Assembly (NCBI GenBank): GCA_040954595.2 | Contig: CM082585.2 | Location: 1,612,318-1,676,317, forward strand | Direction of reading: 5' to 3' | DNA length: 64,000 nt | Source: Balanoglossus misakiensis | Lineage: Eukaryota > Animalia > Hemichordata | Shown here: positions 24,131 to 38,145 of the stretch, one piece after another | Position numbering within the stretch: the first letter of the stretch is position 1 | How the letters are laid out: the number at the start of each line of letters is the position of its first letter | The notes under the pieces: model-generated | Databases searched by the model: none | What the model saw: only the letters and a program-made list of their open reading frames with translations | Told to the model about the DNA's origin: nothing | Program-made: the position numbers and the translations under genes

Positions 24131-24553
24131 ATTTGTGGGTCAATTTGATCAAATACTGCCTACCGCTGGCACTGCATATTTGAAGAAATGTGAAAAGATG
24201 GCAAGACAGGTTTGGTAAATGTGGGCCCCCTAACTGAAGCAAAAGCACAAACTTAAAACAAAGATATGAATTTGGAAGAGTTTTATTTATTACATATGAA
24301 AAATAATGAAGACTTATGCTTCAAAGTAAGTATCGACGGAGTCGAACCGCCAATGCTGCAATGGCATTATACCCATAATACTTTTTTGCTTTTTGCATGA
24401 ATTTCATTATTTTTCATATGCTGTGCAGCTAAAGTGTGGCTAGATGGCTAACTGCTGATGTAAAATATCTTGCATACCAATTTGGAACAATTACCCCAAG
24501 TAGTGGTCAAACAGAAACAATGCTTGCATTCAATTTAAAACAAGGTGACAAAA

Positions 24554-24660
24554 GTGGTTGAAATGAAACAATAAGCAAAAACAGTGTTTATCAAACTGAA
24601 ATAATGTGGTCGAAATGAAACAATGAGCAAAAACAGTGTTTATCAAACTGAAATAATGTG
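24554..24660. repeat. 52-bp tandem duplication
   Basis: GTGGTYGAAATGAAACAATRAGCAAAAACAGTGTTTATCAAACTGAAATAAT twice. Confidence 0.9.
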
Positions 24661-25087
24661 CCAAAATAGCTCCTGTTGATATTGCACAAAATTAACTGTT
24701 GCATTCTACCCTTGAGTTAATTTTTATTTCCAGGCAATTATGTGCTTAATACTAAATATTATCTATGGGTACAAACCATCAGTTTCTTAAGTGCAAATCG
24801 CAAGAAGCTCCCCCATACAATTTTAGTGTTTTTTTAAATCAAGCAAGATAATTACATACTGTGTGATAAACTAACTAACTTTACGCGCCTGGGGACAGTT
24901 AAAAACCTCGAGCCAAATATAAAATGAGGAAAAACTGCCCCCTCCCCCGTTGTGAATTTTAAAAGGTTGGGGCTCAAACTAACCAGAATTGTCTTGCCGA
25001 CTCCTATTTTTCTGTGTACATTTTGATGTATTGTTGTTACGCGAGATTGAGGATTCGTGTTGATGCGGGAATTACGATGACGAAAGC

Positions 25088-25284
25088 AAAAAATCCATCG
25101 GCGAATCAAACGGGCACACGGCGAAATTCCATTACACGACGATCCAACTGCGATGAAGAACGCGAACGCGGGTAACGTTGTAAAAAATCCATCGGCGAAT
25201 CAAACGGGCACACGGCGAAATTCCATTACATGACGAGCGACCTGCAATGAAGAACGCGAACGCGGGTAACGCTGCAAAAAATCC
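25088..25284. repeat. 94-bp CpG-rich tandem repeat (2 copies plus a stub)
   Basis: AAAAATCCATCGGCGAATCAAACGGGCACACGGCGAAATTCC...GGGTAACG repeated at 94-bp spacing. Confidence 0.88.
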
Positions 25285-25708
25285 GCAGACAATTATTACA
25301 CGAATGCATAGCAACAATTATTTTACCCAACCTGACACTAATAAATTACCCAATGATTTTAAATTTCTTATTATTACACCCCAACTAATCATTATACCTT
25401 TGTAATATTAACACCGTTTATACACATCCCATAATGTTTATACCATCAAGTTAATACCATTTTATTATTATTATACCACCAAAACCATGTGTTACCCATT
25501 TTTTTTATTATTACACCATTGATGTTAACATCTTTATATATTATACCGGTATTTACCCTCTGTACATGTACAGTTTTTATTTACCACGTGGCATTACTCA
25601 TGTTTTTATAGTATTTTAATTACTTATCATACCCTTGAAACCATAATATTATACCCTTGCAGACAGTTTTATTATAGTACCCTTGTGCACAATGTCTTAT
25701 TAGTCATC

Positions 25709-25885
25709 ATACACCAACCCTTCACCATTTCATTAGATTATACCATTTTTATTAGCCTAACCTGTTTATACACCAACCCTTCACCATTCCGTTAGATTAT
25801 ACCATTTTTTATTACCCTAACATATTCATACACCAACCCTTTACCATTCCCTCAGATTAAACCATTTTTATTAGCCTAACCTATT
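25709..25885. repeat. 59-60-bp tandem repeat, 3 copies, within a G-poor low-complexity tract
   Basis: ATACACCAACCCTTCACCATT...AGATTATACCATTTTTATTAGCCTAAC three times. Confidence 0.85.
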
Positions 25886-26067
25886 GACAGCATCCCTCTG
25901 GTTTTGATATTGTTATCTGGTGCGGCGTTGTTGTAGATATTGATTAGACTCCCTCCGGCGATGATAATACCAATGAACCTATTGAAAAAAAAGAATGAAT
26001 ATTATTTATTAGATCAGATCAACAAATCATGGCGTCGTTCATCCCTCTGGTCACAGGAGCATCATCT

Positions 26068-26795
26068 GGCGTCGTTACAGGTTTAAGTTCATCCCTCCAG
26101 TACAGTATAAGGTGGCGGCGTCGTTACAAGTATTAAGTTCATCTCTCCAGTACAGTATTAGGTGGCGGCGGCGTTACAAGTATTAACTTCATCTCTCCAG
26201 TACAGTATTAGGTGGCGGCGTCGTTACAAGTATTAACTTCATCTCTCCAGTACAGTATTAGGTGGCGGCGTCGTTACAAGTTTAAGTTCATCCCTCCAGT
26301 ACAGTATTAGGTGGCGGCGTCGTTACAAGTATTAACTTCATCTCTCCAGTACAGTATTAGGTGGCGGCGTCGTTACAAGTATTAACTTCATCTCTCCAGT
26401 ACAGTATTAGGTGGCGGCGTCGTTACAAGTATTAACTTCATCTCTCCAGTACAGTATTAGGTGGCGGCGTCGTTACAAGTATTAACTTCATCTCTCCAGT
26501 ACAGTATTAGGTGGCGGCGTCGTTACAAGTATTAACTTCATCTCTCCAGTACAGTATTAGGTGGCGGCGTCGTTACAAGTATTAACTTCATCTCTCCAGT
26601 ACAGTATTAGGTGGCGGCGTCGTTACAAGTATTAAGTTCATCTCTCCAGTACAGTATTAGGTGGCGGCGTCGTTACAAGTATTAACTTCATCTCTCCAGT
26701 ACAGTATTAGGTGGCGGCGTCGTTACAAGTTTAAGTTCATACCTCCAGTACAGTATTAGGTGGCGACGTCGTTACAAATATTACACTCCCTCCAG
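26068..26795. repeat. 50-bp minisatellite, about 14 copies
   Basis: TCTCTCCAGTACAGTATTAGGTGGCGGCGTCGTTACAAGTATTAACTTCA tandem; homogeneous in the centre and diverged at the edges. Confidence 0.97.
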
Positions 26796-27557
26796 CAGCA
26801 GTGTTACCAAAGAACCTAATGTAAAAAAAGAATGAAATTATTTTAATAATCTGATTAGGTCAAGTCATCATATTGATAAAGAAAACGACAAGAAGAAATC
26901 ATTTAAAAATTAACGCTGCCAGCACCATTGGTTGGGCCCAAACGGTTCCCATGGTTACCAGGGTATGCCAAGGCTGTATTCTGCTGTGAATACCAAGATA
27001 TATGAAAGCTGGTCAAAGGTTACCCCAGGGTCATTGAAAATCGCAAAAAATAGCGTCAAGGACACTGTGGTCTCATTTAGTGATTACACTAGAAAAAGTC
27101 TACACAGGAGTACAGACAGACAGACACACACATAGAGAGGCAATAAAATATGATGCCCCCCCCCAGCCCCGAAAACATCTTGATCTTATGTATGCTGGCC
27201 TGGTACAATAGACAAACCAGCCAATTAATGAAAATTTTGTACAAATACAGAGCTCAAAGTTGCATTTTAGTGAGCCCAAAAGCAAATTAACTCAATGTTA
27301 CGACAAATTTTACTTTTGCCACTCAAAGTTTGCATCGGTGGGGTGGGATGGCAAGTACTCTTCCCTGATACAATAGACAAACCAGCCAATAAATGAAATG
27401 AGGTGAAGAATGAAGGTGAAGAATGAATAACTTTATTTGATTCCATTATCTAAACAAACACATCCAATTAACTTCCTACTCAAATTTCAAAGTAATCAGT
27501 CATAGGTTTTGTAAATCATCATGAGAAATCACCCTGAAACCAAATCAAATCAAAAAT

Positions 27558-27853
27558 CATATAAGCCTAGTCGGGCTCTGCGCTCCAGCTCAAGGAACCA
27601 GTTGTGTGTACCAAAGTACAGACTCAAAACATATGGTGGATGTGCCTTTTCCCTTGTCGCGCCACAACTTTGGAATCTCTGCCATCTGACATTCAACAGG
27701 CTTCTAGTCTCAACATTTTCAAACAAAAACTCAAGACATTTCTATTTGTCAAAGCCTACGAACACTGATGTTATACTTTCAGCGCCTTTGGAAATAACAT
27801 TGTTATTGATTCTGGCGCTTTATAAATGTTTGTTTTGATTTGATTTGATTTGA
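27558..27853 (+). mobile_element. 3' end of an L2-clade LINE (5'-truncated)
   Basis: YKPSRALRSS..LCVPKYRLKTYGGCAFSLVAPQLWN, then frameshifted LPSDIQQASSLNIFKQKLKTFLF. 3' AGCGCC..GGCGCT stem and a (TTTGA)n tail. Confidence 0.85.
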
Positions 27854-29686
27854 TCCCCCAAAAATATACTATTCAATTCATCAAGTTGATTTGAAAAACA
27901 TACATGCAAATCTTACTTGAGCTACCCCTAACATGACTAACAAATTTTAAAGCAATGGAACAAGCGGTTTTAGAGAAAAAAAATTAATTAAACAAGGCTG
28001 AAATTGCTCCAAAATTATCAATATGCAAATTTTGCAACATTTCAACAAAAGTATTGTAACTCATATCACCTACATGAAGCTTCATACTAAATTTTTTTTA
28101 CCACAAATGAGGAAAAAGGCAAAAAATGCATAAAATAGAACATTCAAACTATTAGTTAAAAAAATACAGGATTGTATGTGGTTGACATAAGGTACTTGCA
28201 TACCAATTGTCAAATCAATCTGTAAATTATCATGAGAACAAACCCTGAAACCTTCAAATCAAATTTCAAAGCAGTGGGGGTAAAGGGGGCACAGTACGAT
28301 ATTTTACCCACAACTCTCCATGATTTGTATCATCGAGATTGTCCATTTAATTACTTTCTGTTTTAGATACTAACAATGATATGAAGTACATATAACTGTA
28401 TTAAGATTTATCTAGAAAAAGTATGTTGAGGAATTAGAGTGAAATTTTCAAAATCAAGATTTAAAAGCCATAGAAATCAAAGTATTCATTCATGTACGTC
28501 AAATGTCACACTTAGGAGGAAAGAAGCAATGACTAACTGAGGTGGCCAGTCTCTGTTGAAAGTCAACATGTAAATTTCCATTGTTCTGTCTATAGAAAAA
28601 AATCAATATTGTTTTGTTTGATTAAACAAGTGTTTCAAGTGTCCCTGTTTTACTTCAAACTTTTTTGTATCGGCTGGCTATGCAATTGCTTATTTTATAA
28701 AATTTGTATCTCCTCTTTCAATAATGCATGATTTTGTTTATCATTTGAAATGGTAATTGACAATAAGATTCGCCTTTAAAGCATGCTCTCAAAATTTGTA
28801 TTAGTGGTCTACAATTTTCTCTACACATGTGAACTTTGCCTGGTTTGACCGAGTAATCTCTGGTTGTACAAACCAGAGTGATTCATGGGATATTTCACGT
28901 ACTGTGGGGGGTTCTGAGAAGAGTTTTGACCAAAAATGGCAAAAATCATCCCAAAAATATACTATTCAATTCATCAAGTTGATTTGAAAAACATACATGC
29001 AAATCTTACTTGGGCTACCCCTAATATGACTAACAAATTTCAAAGCAATGTAACAACCGGTTTAAAAAAAAAATTCAAAAACGGCCGAAATTGCTCCAAA
29101 ATTATGAATATGCAAATTTTGCAACATTTTAACAAAAGTATGCTAACTCATATCACCTATATGAAGCTTCATACTAAATTTCAAAGAAGTCGTCTCATCA
29201 ATTTTAGAAAAGTAGATGTTTTACCAAAAATGAGGAAAAAGGCAAAAAATGCATAAAAATAGAACATTCAAACTATTCAAAATACAGGACTGTATGTGGT
29301 TGACATAAGGTACTTGCATACCAATTGTCAAATCAATCTGACCAGTGGTTTTGACCAATTTCAAATTTTCCCAGCTAATTTGCATTTATTTAACAATTTC
29401 AACTGAATATGGCTGCCAGGTCAAATGACTGATTTGAATTTCAAGGTGCACACTCATTGGCAAGGACAACTGTGACAAATTCAAGAAGCATAGGTGTGGC
29501 AGGTTTTCAGAGCAAGGTGTAAAAAATATCCAGGGAATGGGGCCCAAGCTCCTAAAAACCCAGCACAATACCAATAGGGACTCATATTACTAACAAAGTG
29601 TAAGCCTGTAATAAGTCAAAAGCTGCACATCTTTTTACCACCTCGTGCCAGTACTAAGCAATAAGACTTTTTATAGAGTTGTTTAA

Positions 29687-30419
29687 GGTGGCACTGCATG
29701 AAACCGTCGAGACTTTTTCAGAGGCCTATTTCTCATCAAAGACAAAGTTTAAACCCCCATAAACCATATATATTCTGGAAGCTGAGATTTTGAACTTTTG
29801 TTTGAGTTGCAAATATTATTGATCCCCGGAAATGGTGGCGATTTTGGGCGAAAAAACCCATTTTTTGATATTATGTCATGAAATTTAAAATAGGTAAAAA
29901 AGTTGACCATGCATCATGCATCTTAATATGTCATTCGAAACTAAAGTACACGTGCAAAAAAACGCTAATTTTGTTTTGCGTTATCTGCTTCCATTGAGGA
30001 GTAACAGCGTTTGAAAGTTAGATTTTCTGAAAATTTGATCAAATTCACGGTGAGTTGTATTGAATCAGAGTTTATTCCCGCCAGGGACACTTTATCGACA
30101 TACAAAACTAGCGTTTTGTTGGATGGGTCATACACAATTCCCTGTCAAAATTTGAGCAAATTCGGCCAATGCAGGGCGAAGCTATTTTAGTCCGAAGTTG
30201 TCAAAAGCAGCGAAAATGCAAACCGAGAAAAACGGCCATTTGCATTGTTGACACCTATTTGTTAAGCTGTGAACTCATTCAGAAAAGTGCTATTTGGGGG
30301 TGATTGTGCACCATTTCCGCCAAGACGTATTAGTCAGGATGTGGGTGAGTATTAGGCCTACCGATTTATGTAAAAAAGTAAAATTTGGCAAAAATCACAA
30401 CTTTTCATGCAATGCCACC
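29687..30419. mobile_element. 733-bp TTAA-flanked MITE (Kolobok-like)
   Basis: TTAA-GGTGGCACTGCATGAAA...TTTCATGCAATGCCACC-TTAA. Confidence 0.82.
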
Positions 30420-32116
30420 TTAATTGTCTCTGCTGATGCCAGAGATTGAAAAAGAATCCTACAAGTTAGGATTTTCAGAAACAATGATAGCTATTTCTAT
30501 TACTGTTTGTAAACAAAAATGTGATGTTCACCGCCTTGTTTTCAGAAAAGTATTTACATAAATGTTTTTCCATAGAGTTAACACAGACATTGGCAGCCAT
30601 CTTGAATTTCAAAAACTGCAACAATATCTCCAATGCAACAAATCTGCAAATTGTACTATTTGACACCTGACTTAGGTCAAGGGGTTTCAGAGATGATGAC
30701 TACTCTTCAGACTCAGACAAAATAATAATGCAATATTCAGCGGAATTTCAAAAGCATTGACTAAGATCACCAAGGGACAATTCATACCAAAGATCAAAAC
30801 AATTAGACGTACCTATTTTAAAGATCATTATGAAAACTTTACAGATTCGGTTATAATGTAAATAAAAGTAGATCACCCCTGTGGACATGGCAATCAGACA
30901 TGCATATTCTGACAAGATTTTTTGTTTGTACAAAAAGGCAACTGTCTCCAAAATACAAAATTACAGATTATGTCACATACCTCAGGGAGATCAATACTAA
31001 ATTTCAGAGAAAATTTCCCCCCAAATATGCAAATTTCACCATATTTTGAAGAAACAACTTGTGTCATACCTAGAAACCTGCATAGTCAAAGTAATCTACG
31101 AGCTTAGCTTTTTTCTTCCAAAAACAGCAAAAAACTTGTTCCAAACTACAAATATGCAGAATTCAACACAATTTGAACACACATTACTTCGCCACCCCAA
31201 GAAACCTGCACACCAATTTTAAAAGCACTTGCGCCAGTGATTTCAGAAAAGAAAAATGTTGACAGACATAGGATGACTGAACATCTATCTACCTGTCAGA
31301 TAACTTTTGCAGTGCTGAGAGCAGAGCTAGAGATTGGTGTTGTCTTTTTACATTTTAAATCATCACACTTTGCTACTCAAAGCTACTATTCTGCTATGCT
31401 TGAGAAATGACTTGGGACCATTTTTGGCAAACAATAGTCACTAATCTTCCTCAGTTTATAGTACAATGTACCTACACTGTTTTAGTAATGTACTGAAAAT
31501 GTTCAGACTATTTCTTGTGTCTGCATATGTCTTTAGTACAGAAGAATAATCTATCCGGTTGTCATTTCTCTGTTTATTCAGAAATAAACTAGTCTGGGTT
31601 GCAACAGTAAAAATTTTAAAATATTCATACCCTTTCTGAAGGATGTTCAAAACCAATACCTATGTGAAGCATTATATCAAATTTGCTGGGTAACTGTGGA
31701 TTTATAACTTTTGCTAATTACAGTGCTAACTCACACTGGATGATTCGACGGTAATTTTAGATTCATATGAAGATTTTTTACCAATAATGTTGAAAAATAC
31801 AAACAAATGCATCAAAAATAGAAAATCAAAATTAGCTCAAAACATACAGGACTGTATGAGGTAGGCATAAGGTACTTGCATACCAATTTCCAAATCAATC
31901 TGACCAGCAGTTGTTGAATTTTGCGAGTTTTGACCAATTTCACATTTTCCAGCTAATTTGCATATATTTGGTAATGACATTTTCATGTTAACAAACTCCA
32001 ATCTACAGCCCAGCCTGCATCTGCACACCAAATATCGAGGTGATATGCACAACGGTTTTCAAGTTTTAGATGTGGACGGACATACAGACATACATCCATA
32101 CAAACAGACAGACATA

Positions 32117-32314
32117 CTGTAAAACACTTTATTTTCGCGAGCAATTAATTTTCGCCAAATACGCGAGAGCCAAAATAACGTGAAAATAAAAAGTCGCGTA
32201 AATTGTTTTTGAAGATAACGATGCAGTGAATGAAATAAGAGAACGCGAAAATTAATACTCGCGAAACAGTGGCCTCTCTCGATATCGCGAAAAATTTAAC
32301 TCGCGAAAATACAG
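32117..32314. mobile_element. TA-flanked MITE (Tc1/mariner-pogo-like) inserted in a CATA microsatellite
   Basis: TA-CTGTAAAAC...ATACAG-TA with internal inverted TTTTCGCGAG/CTCGCGAAAA. It interrupts gacaTAcatccatac. Confidence 0.7.
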
Positions 32315-35300
32315 TACATCCATACATAAATACAGACACAACTGATTCCATAAGGCCCATGGTACATACCATATGGGACCTAAAAACTGCAGAAGCTACA
32401 CAAAACATTAATACTGAAAACATGGCAAACAGTTGTTGCTAACGGGGTTTTAAATCTCCCTTATAGATATTTTTGAACTCCCAATTTATGATTATTGACT
32501 GTTTGATTGATTAGTTGTTGCACAAATGATAGTATTATCAAAGTAAATAATATCTGTGAGAAATTTCTTTTCATATTTATTTGAATATGGATAGGGTAAG
32601 ATGGGGGTTAAACAAAACTACATTTGTTCAAAAGTGGCAAAAACACAAATATGCAAAAATCACTATAATTGTACACCATCTTACTTAAATCACTACAAGG
32701 AACATTCCTGTCAAAGTTCAAAGCAATCTGACAAGCGCTTTCAGACACAGCGAATTTGATAACCATCTACAAATATATTTTTATTTTTTAAACAATTCTT
32801 TTACAACACCTTACTTGGGTTACCCCCCTAGGAATCTGCATTCTGAGCAAAAATTACAAAATTGCTCAAAATTATAAATATACCAATTTCACAACAATTT
32901 GCAATTTGGACAAAAACTATGGCTTTCAGAAAGGAAGATTTTTCTTTACCAATAATGCAGTAAAAGACAAAACAATAAAAATAGAAAATTCATAATATTA
33001 GCTCAAAACAAAACATACAGGACTGTATGGCATTTATTGACATTTATAAGAATATGGACAGGGTATGATAGGGGGGGGGAATTATAAATTCCAAGGGGGT
33101 CATCAATTTTTTGTCATAGCTTTTTGGGGCCATAGAAAAAATAACCTAAAAAGTAGGAAATCCTACGTCCCCCTAAGCTTTCATTCTGGCCAACAACTTT
33201 TTATGAAGGCTTCTGCAGTTGTTAAAAACAGATTGCCTGCTATGTTAGACTATCAATCTATAGAGGGGATGAAAAATGTCCTTTTGTCAAGTGTCTGGAT
33301 TTTGATAACTTCAACAGGTAAAAATATATTTGTAGATGTTTATCAAATTCGCTATGTCTGAAACAGTATGCTTGCAAATGTATTAATATAGTCAGATAAT
33401 ATGAATAGTGAAGATAGCAAAACAAACAGGTTTATGCTTATAGCCATAACTTCTATTAGTGATGTACATGTTGTACTTAGCAAATAATTGTTATGATCAA
33501 CTTGGTTTTTATTGCACAAGATCTTTTTATTGCATCCATGTTTCGTTTCATTCTGGATAATAGTCTGTCTAAATAAGTTAACAGGCTTGATGAGGGTTAT
33601 TTTAAACAGCGTTCTCAAAAAACCTGCAATGTCATGCCCTATATTTATAAAGTTGAGGAGAGGTTGTATTCCTAGCAGGATGTTGAAATCATTGGAGGAC
33701 AAACCCTGCCAGTACCAAAAGTTGCTGGGTGTTATAAATGTTTGAGTAACCCCCCCCCCCCCCCTTCCCCAATAACACAATATATACTAAAACATTTTTA
33801 CAACATCTTACTCAGTTTACCCTTAGGAATATGCCTACCAAATCAATCTGGCATGCAGTTTTAAAGAAAAAAAAAATGACCAAAAGTGGCAAAAATTGCT
33901 CAAAATTAAAATATGCAAATTTTTCAACAATTTGAACAAAACTTTGGTTACTCAGACAACCATTAGAAGCTTCATACTAAACTTCAAAGAATGAGGCCTA
34001 TAACTTTAAGAAATGATGATTTCTTTACCAATAATGTGGAATAATACAAAAAATGCATAAAAGATTTTTGGCATAAAAAATTAAAAATCGATAATATTAG
34101 CTCAAAACATACAGGACTGTTTGAGGTAGACATAAGGTACATGCATACTGATTTTCAAATGAATGTGACCAGTGGTTGTTGAGTTTGAGTTTTGACCAAT
34201 TTCACATTTTCCTAGCTAATTTGCATATTTTTGGCAATGACAGCTTCATTTGAACAAACTCCAATCTTCAGCCTGGCCTGCATCTACACACCAAATATCG
34301 AGGTCATATGCCCAGCGGTTTTCAAGTTTGTGATGTGGACGGACATACAGACATACATACATACATCCACCGATATCATAAGGTCCCATGGTAAAGCAAA
34401 TGGGACCTTACAAAACTATGATAACTCAGATCACCTATGAAGCTTCATACTAAATTTCAAATAAGTCAGCTGATCAATTCCAGAAAAGCAGATTTTCTAC
34501 CGATAATGTGGAAAGAGACAAAAAATACATAAAAAATCGAAAATTCACATTAGCTCACGACATATAGAACTGTGTGAGGTTAACATAACTTACAGGAATA
34601 CCAATTTTCAATTTTGAAAGCAATTTGCTCAGTAGTTGTCGAGTTCCCGAGTTTGGACGAATTTGACACTTTCCCAGCTAATTTGCATATTTTGGCAATG
34701 ACAACTTCATTTTGACAACTCCCACTTAATGCCCTGCCTGCATCTCCACACTAAATATCAAGGTCACATGCCAGTGGTTTCCAAGTGTTTGATATTGATA
34801 GACATACAGACAAACATCCATACAGACATCCATATATACAGGTGCAACTGATCCCATAAGGTCCCATGGTATAAATACATATACCTGCACCAAATGGGAC
34901 CTAATAATTCTGATAAAATGCCTACATAGTAAGTTTAAAAACCAATTGTACCTTCAACGTCCTTGGACAACAATGGCTAATATTACTTGCCAAGGGCGAC
35001 TAGAATTTTGGGGGCCTGATGCAATTCTGATACATGTACTTCATGATTTAGAGATATTGTGAAAATCCTGTCAACCGAATTACAGGGAAATCAGATTTTC
35101 CATGTAAAATCATATCACCCAAAAATGTCAAGTGTCGAAAATAATTTTGAAACAAAAGTCTACTCAAAATCATACCAAAATTTAAATTTTAAAGCAGTAC
35201 GTTAGGCAAGCAATTTGAGAATGAAGAAACTTACAAAAAAATTATAAATTGAAAATAACTTACAAATGCCGTACACAAACTTACAATCACTACCATATTA

Positions 35301-35600
35301 CTGTACAAGTTAAAAGGACATTGTACCAGCAGAGACATTGCGATCGAGCAATCCCCAAGATATACATGACATGGTCTAATTACAAATATTGAATATGTAA
35401 AATAGGTACACAACACTTCCATTCTTTCAGTACAGTCAGCTGCTTGTTAACAATAGGCATGTAGCTATTTCATCAAATTTACAGCCCAAGTCATGCCTAT
35501 ACAATTCTCCCTTAAGCTACCCTAAGTGAGTGATGAAAATCTCATATGGTCGACAATTGATGGCCGATTTTTGCCATGTTAAAGAAATGGGAGTTCATAA

Positions 35601-36389
35601 GGCTGCATTCACAAACACCTCTGGAGAGGGGGGGGGGGGGGGGCAGGAGAATTGAGCGGGGGGGGGATTTGAAAAAATTGAAGGTATGTAAGGGGGGATT
35701 TGAAATAATTTAGGGACTGAAAGGGGGGACTTGAAAACTTTGACGACTAAATATTTATTTTGAGTCCACAAAAATGCAGTTTCGCGCCCTTTATTTTACA
35801 CCCCCTCCCACACCCACCCCCCTCCATTCATCAACACCTTTCAATCATTAACTGGTTTATCTAGTGTCCCATGTCAGGGGACTTGCCCCCACCCCATGAT
35901 AACTTTGAGCGGCGACGGTTAAATTTATCCTCCCCAACATACTGGTAGTTGAGTTAATTTGCTTTTGCCGGGTTCATAAAAATGCAGCTTTGAGCTCTGT
36001 ATTTTATAAAATTTTCTTACGTGGGAGGGGGACACCCCTTCCCACACCCACCCCCTTCAATTCCCGGTTTACAATGTCTCCCAACACAGAATACAAATAC
36101 TTAAAAAATAAAAACCATGTTCAGTTTTAATACCCACTGATGAGGGGAAACATCAGTTTCAAAGTCTTTTCATGGGAGCGCTGTTTTTCTATTTTACAAG
36201 ATAGATAAGTGATGTGTTTTGCTCTGTGAAAGAAAATGGGGGGGGGGGATTTTAAAATTTTGGCAGTTCAGAAGGGGGTGGGGGATTTGAAAATATTTCG
36301 GGTTGTGTACAGGGGGGGGCATGTGAAAATTAGCAGTAAAAAAATTGAATTCTCCCCCCCCCCATCCAGAGGTGTTTGTGAATGGAGCC
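35601..36389. mobile_element. 789-bp PIF/Harbinger-type MITE
   Basis: TIR GGCT(G/C)CATTCACAAACACCTCTGG and TAA TSD on both sides. The empty site TTCATAAGCTAAA is present in the paralog at ~42895. Confidence 0.92.
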
Positions 36390-36820
36390 TAAGCTAAAGC
36401 TAAAGTGATAATGGGTCATAACAGACAAAATAACAAAATGTGAAAAACATTTAATGAGTTTAATATGCTAACTACGGAGACAGACATGTTTGACCAAAGC
36501 ATGAAATACACAAAATGTATCATTTCTTCCACCTCTTACTACAGTGGGTTGTAGACTTTTCGCCCAGAATGCAATGTGATTTGACCCCCTAGCGCAAAGT
36601 GAAAACCTATTTAAGGCAGCCAGAATTTTCTGCATAGTATGACGGAAACATTTGTAAAGTCATGGCTAGCGTGGGCTGGTAAGTTTATATGGGGCTCTCC
36701 ATGATAACCAGTTGTGGCTTACCACCACCATAATTTTGAAAGGGCGACTTCACTATTTGATGGGAAAAGGTAGCCTTTACAAACAAGCTATGGAGCATGT
36801 ATACAGCAAGTTGTGCTTAC

Positions 36821-36893
36821 CGGAAAGCGGTCTTGGATCAGGCCTAGGTATTCTCTTCCTCCTCCGGCATACGTTGAAATGCTGTGTTTAAGA
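36821..36893 (-). ncRNA. Putative non-coding mini-exon A1 (73 nt)
   Basis: Minus strand: TACTAAT branch point, TTCACAG acceptor, CCG/GTAAGC donor. Conserved in the paralog at 43555-43627. Confidence 0.55.
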
Positions 36894-38070
36894 CTGTGAA
36901 TCAAATATATGCTTATCAATTAGTAACCAATCAACCTTGCTTTAGAATTATTTGGGCCATACTAATTAGTGAAAATATGCAAAACATGGTATAATATAGG
37001 GTCAGACTGTGCTGCGATAATGTACGTGGAATACGAATCAGAGAAATCTGTAACAGCGATCTTGAAACTCCATTTACATCAGTACTGCAGTAAAGTGGTC
37101 CACATGGGTATACCACAAACATGGCAGTTAGGTGACAAGTGAAACTGACATCATATCTGTAAACGACAGGTGTACACACACTTTGACATCTACGTAACAC
37201 TGTACAATGATTTCTTAATGTTTGTTGTGAAAATGAAACTTACATTTGATCCACCTCACTTTTCATACAACTGATTAGCGCAAGAATGTAAATTGTTGGC
37301 AATTATAAAACATTTATTTTACTATAGAAAAGTAAGCCTTTACATTTAAACTTTGAATATCAGTATACTAAAATGTTTCAAACGTGGCTGTCAGTATATC
37401 TCATGGCATGGTGGCAGAAGTACATGTTGTTACCAGGGAAGACACATTGAACATAGACAAGCGCACTAGTCGCTTGGTGATTTTTCATCTAGATTCTCAA
37501 AACTTTCTGTGCATTTGGTAGCTTTGAGCAAGTTTCTGGTACTGAGCTGAGTTTCGAATTTGGAACTGGGCTGCTTTGGCTTTGATTACCATGGGCCAAT
37601 ATGATCTTATGCACACATTTTTGAAAAAAACTCCAGCCTGTTTGTGTCGTGATCTATATTTTTCTTTGTGGCCTAAGGTATTGTTTTATTTCACTATAAA
37701 CAACATTACTTTCCTTCATGTGTCTATATATAATAATAGATCTCTTAGCCAGTTTGATGAAGCATAGTGTTGGACTAGCACACTTTCAGCCAAAATTACG
37801 GTATCTCCCCGTGTATTGGTATGGGAGTAATTTCTAGCTATATGGTTAAGGAAATGCATCCAAATTTAATTTATGCTTCACATGAAGATTTGAACTTGAC
37901 CATTTAATTCATGTCATCACGATCATATCACAGGCAATCGAGGCTAGAATTCGAAGGAAAAAAGTATTGATAACTGGAAGGTGTAAATTAGTTCGTAGAC
38001 ATACATTGTTTCCTATTGTTTCGGTTGTGCCACGCCCGATAAAAGCAAATATACAGCAAGTCATGCTTAC

Positions 38071-38145
38071 CATTGAGCGGTCTTAAACTCGCCCCAGACG
38101 AGGAAGAGAATCCCGAGTTGAAATGCAGACAATTTCAGGCAGCAT
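38071..38145 (-). ncRNA. Putative mini-exon B1 (75 nt), paralogous to and partly antisense to exon A
   Basis: Minus strand: perfect TACTAAC branch point, TTCACAG acceptor, ATG/GTAAGC donor. Intron flanks are homologous to those of exon A. Confidence 0.55.

Noticed and set aside
10797-24131. Very long ORFs on both strands (up to 1185 aa) made of 30-aa repeats
   Set aside because: Artefact of a stop-free 90-bp monomer. The 74/75/91-bp variants and a MITE break the frames freely, and there is no exon structure.
24330-24380. B-box-like GGTTCGACTCC on the minus strand
   Set aside because: No cloverleaf or A-box could be built; at most a SINE/tRNA relic.
10793-26795. CRISPR-like appearance of the 90-bp and 50-bp arrays
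   Set aside because: No unique spacers and no cas genes; the context is eukaryotic and spliced.
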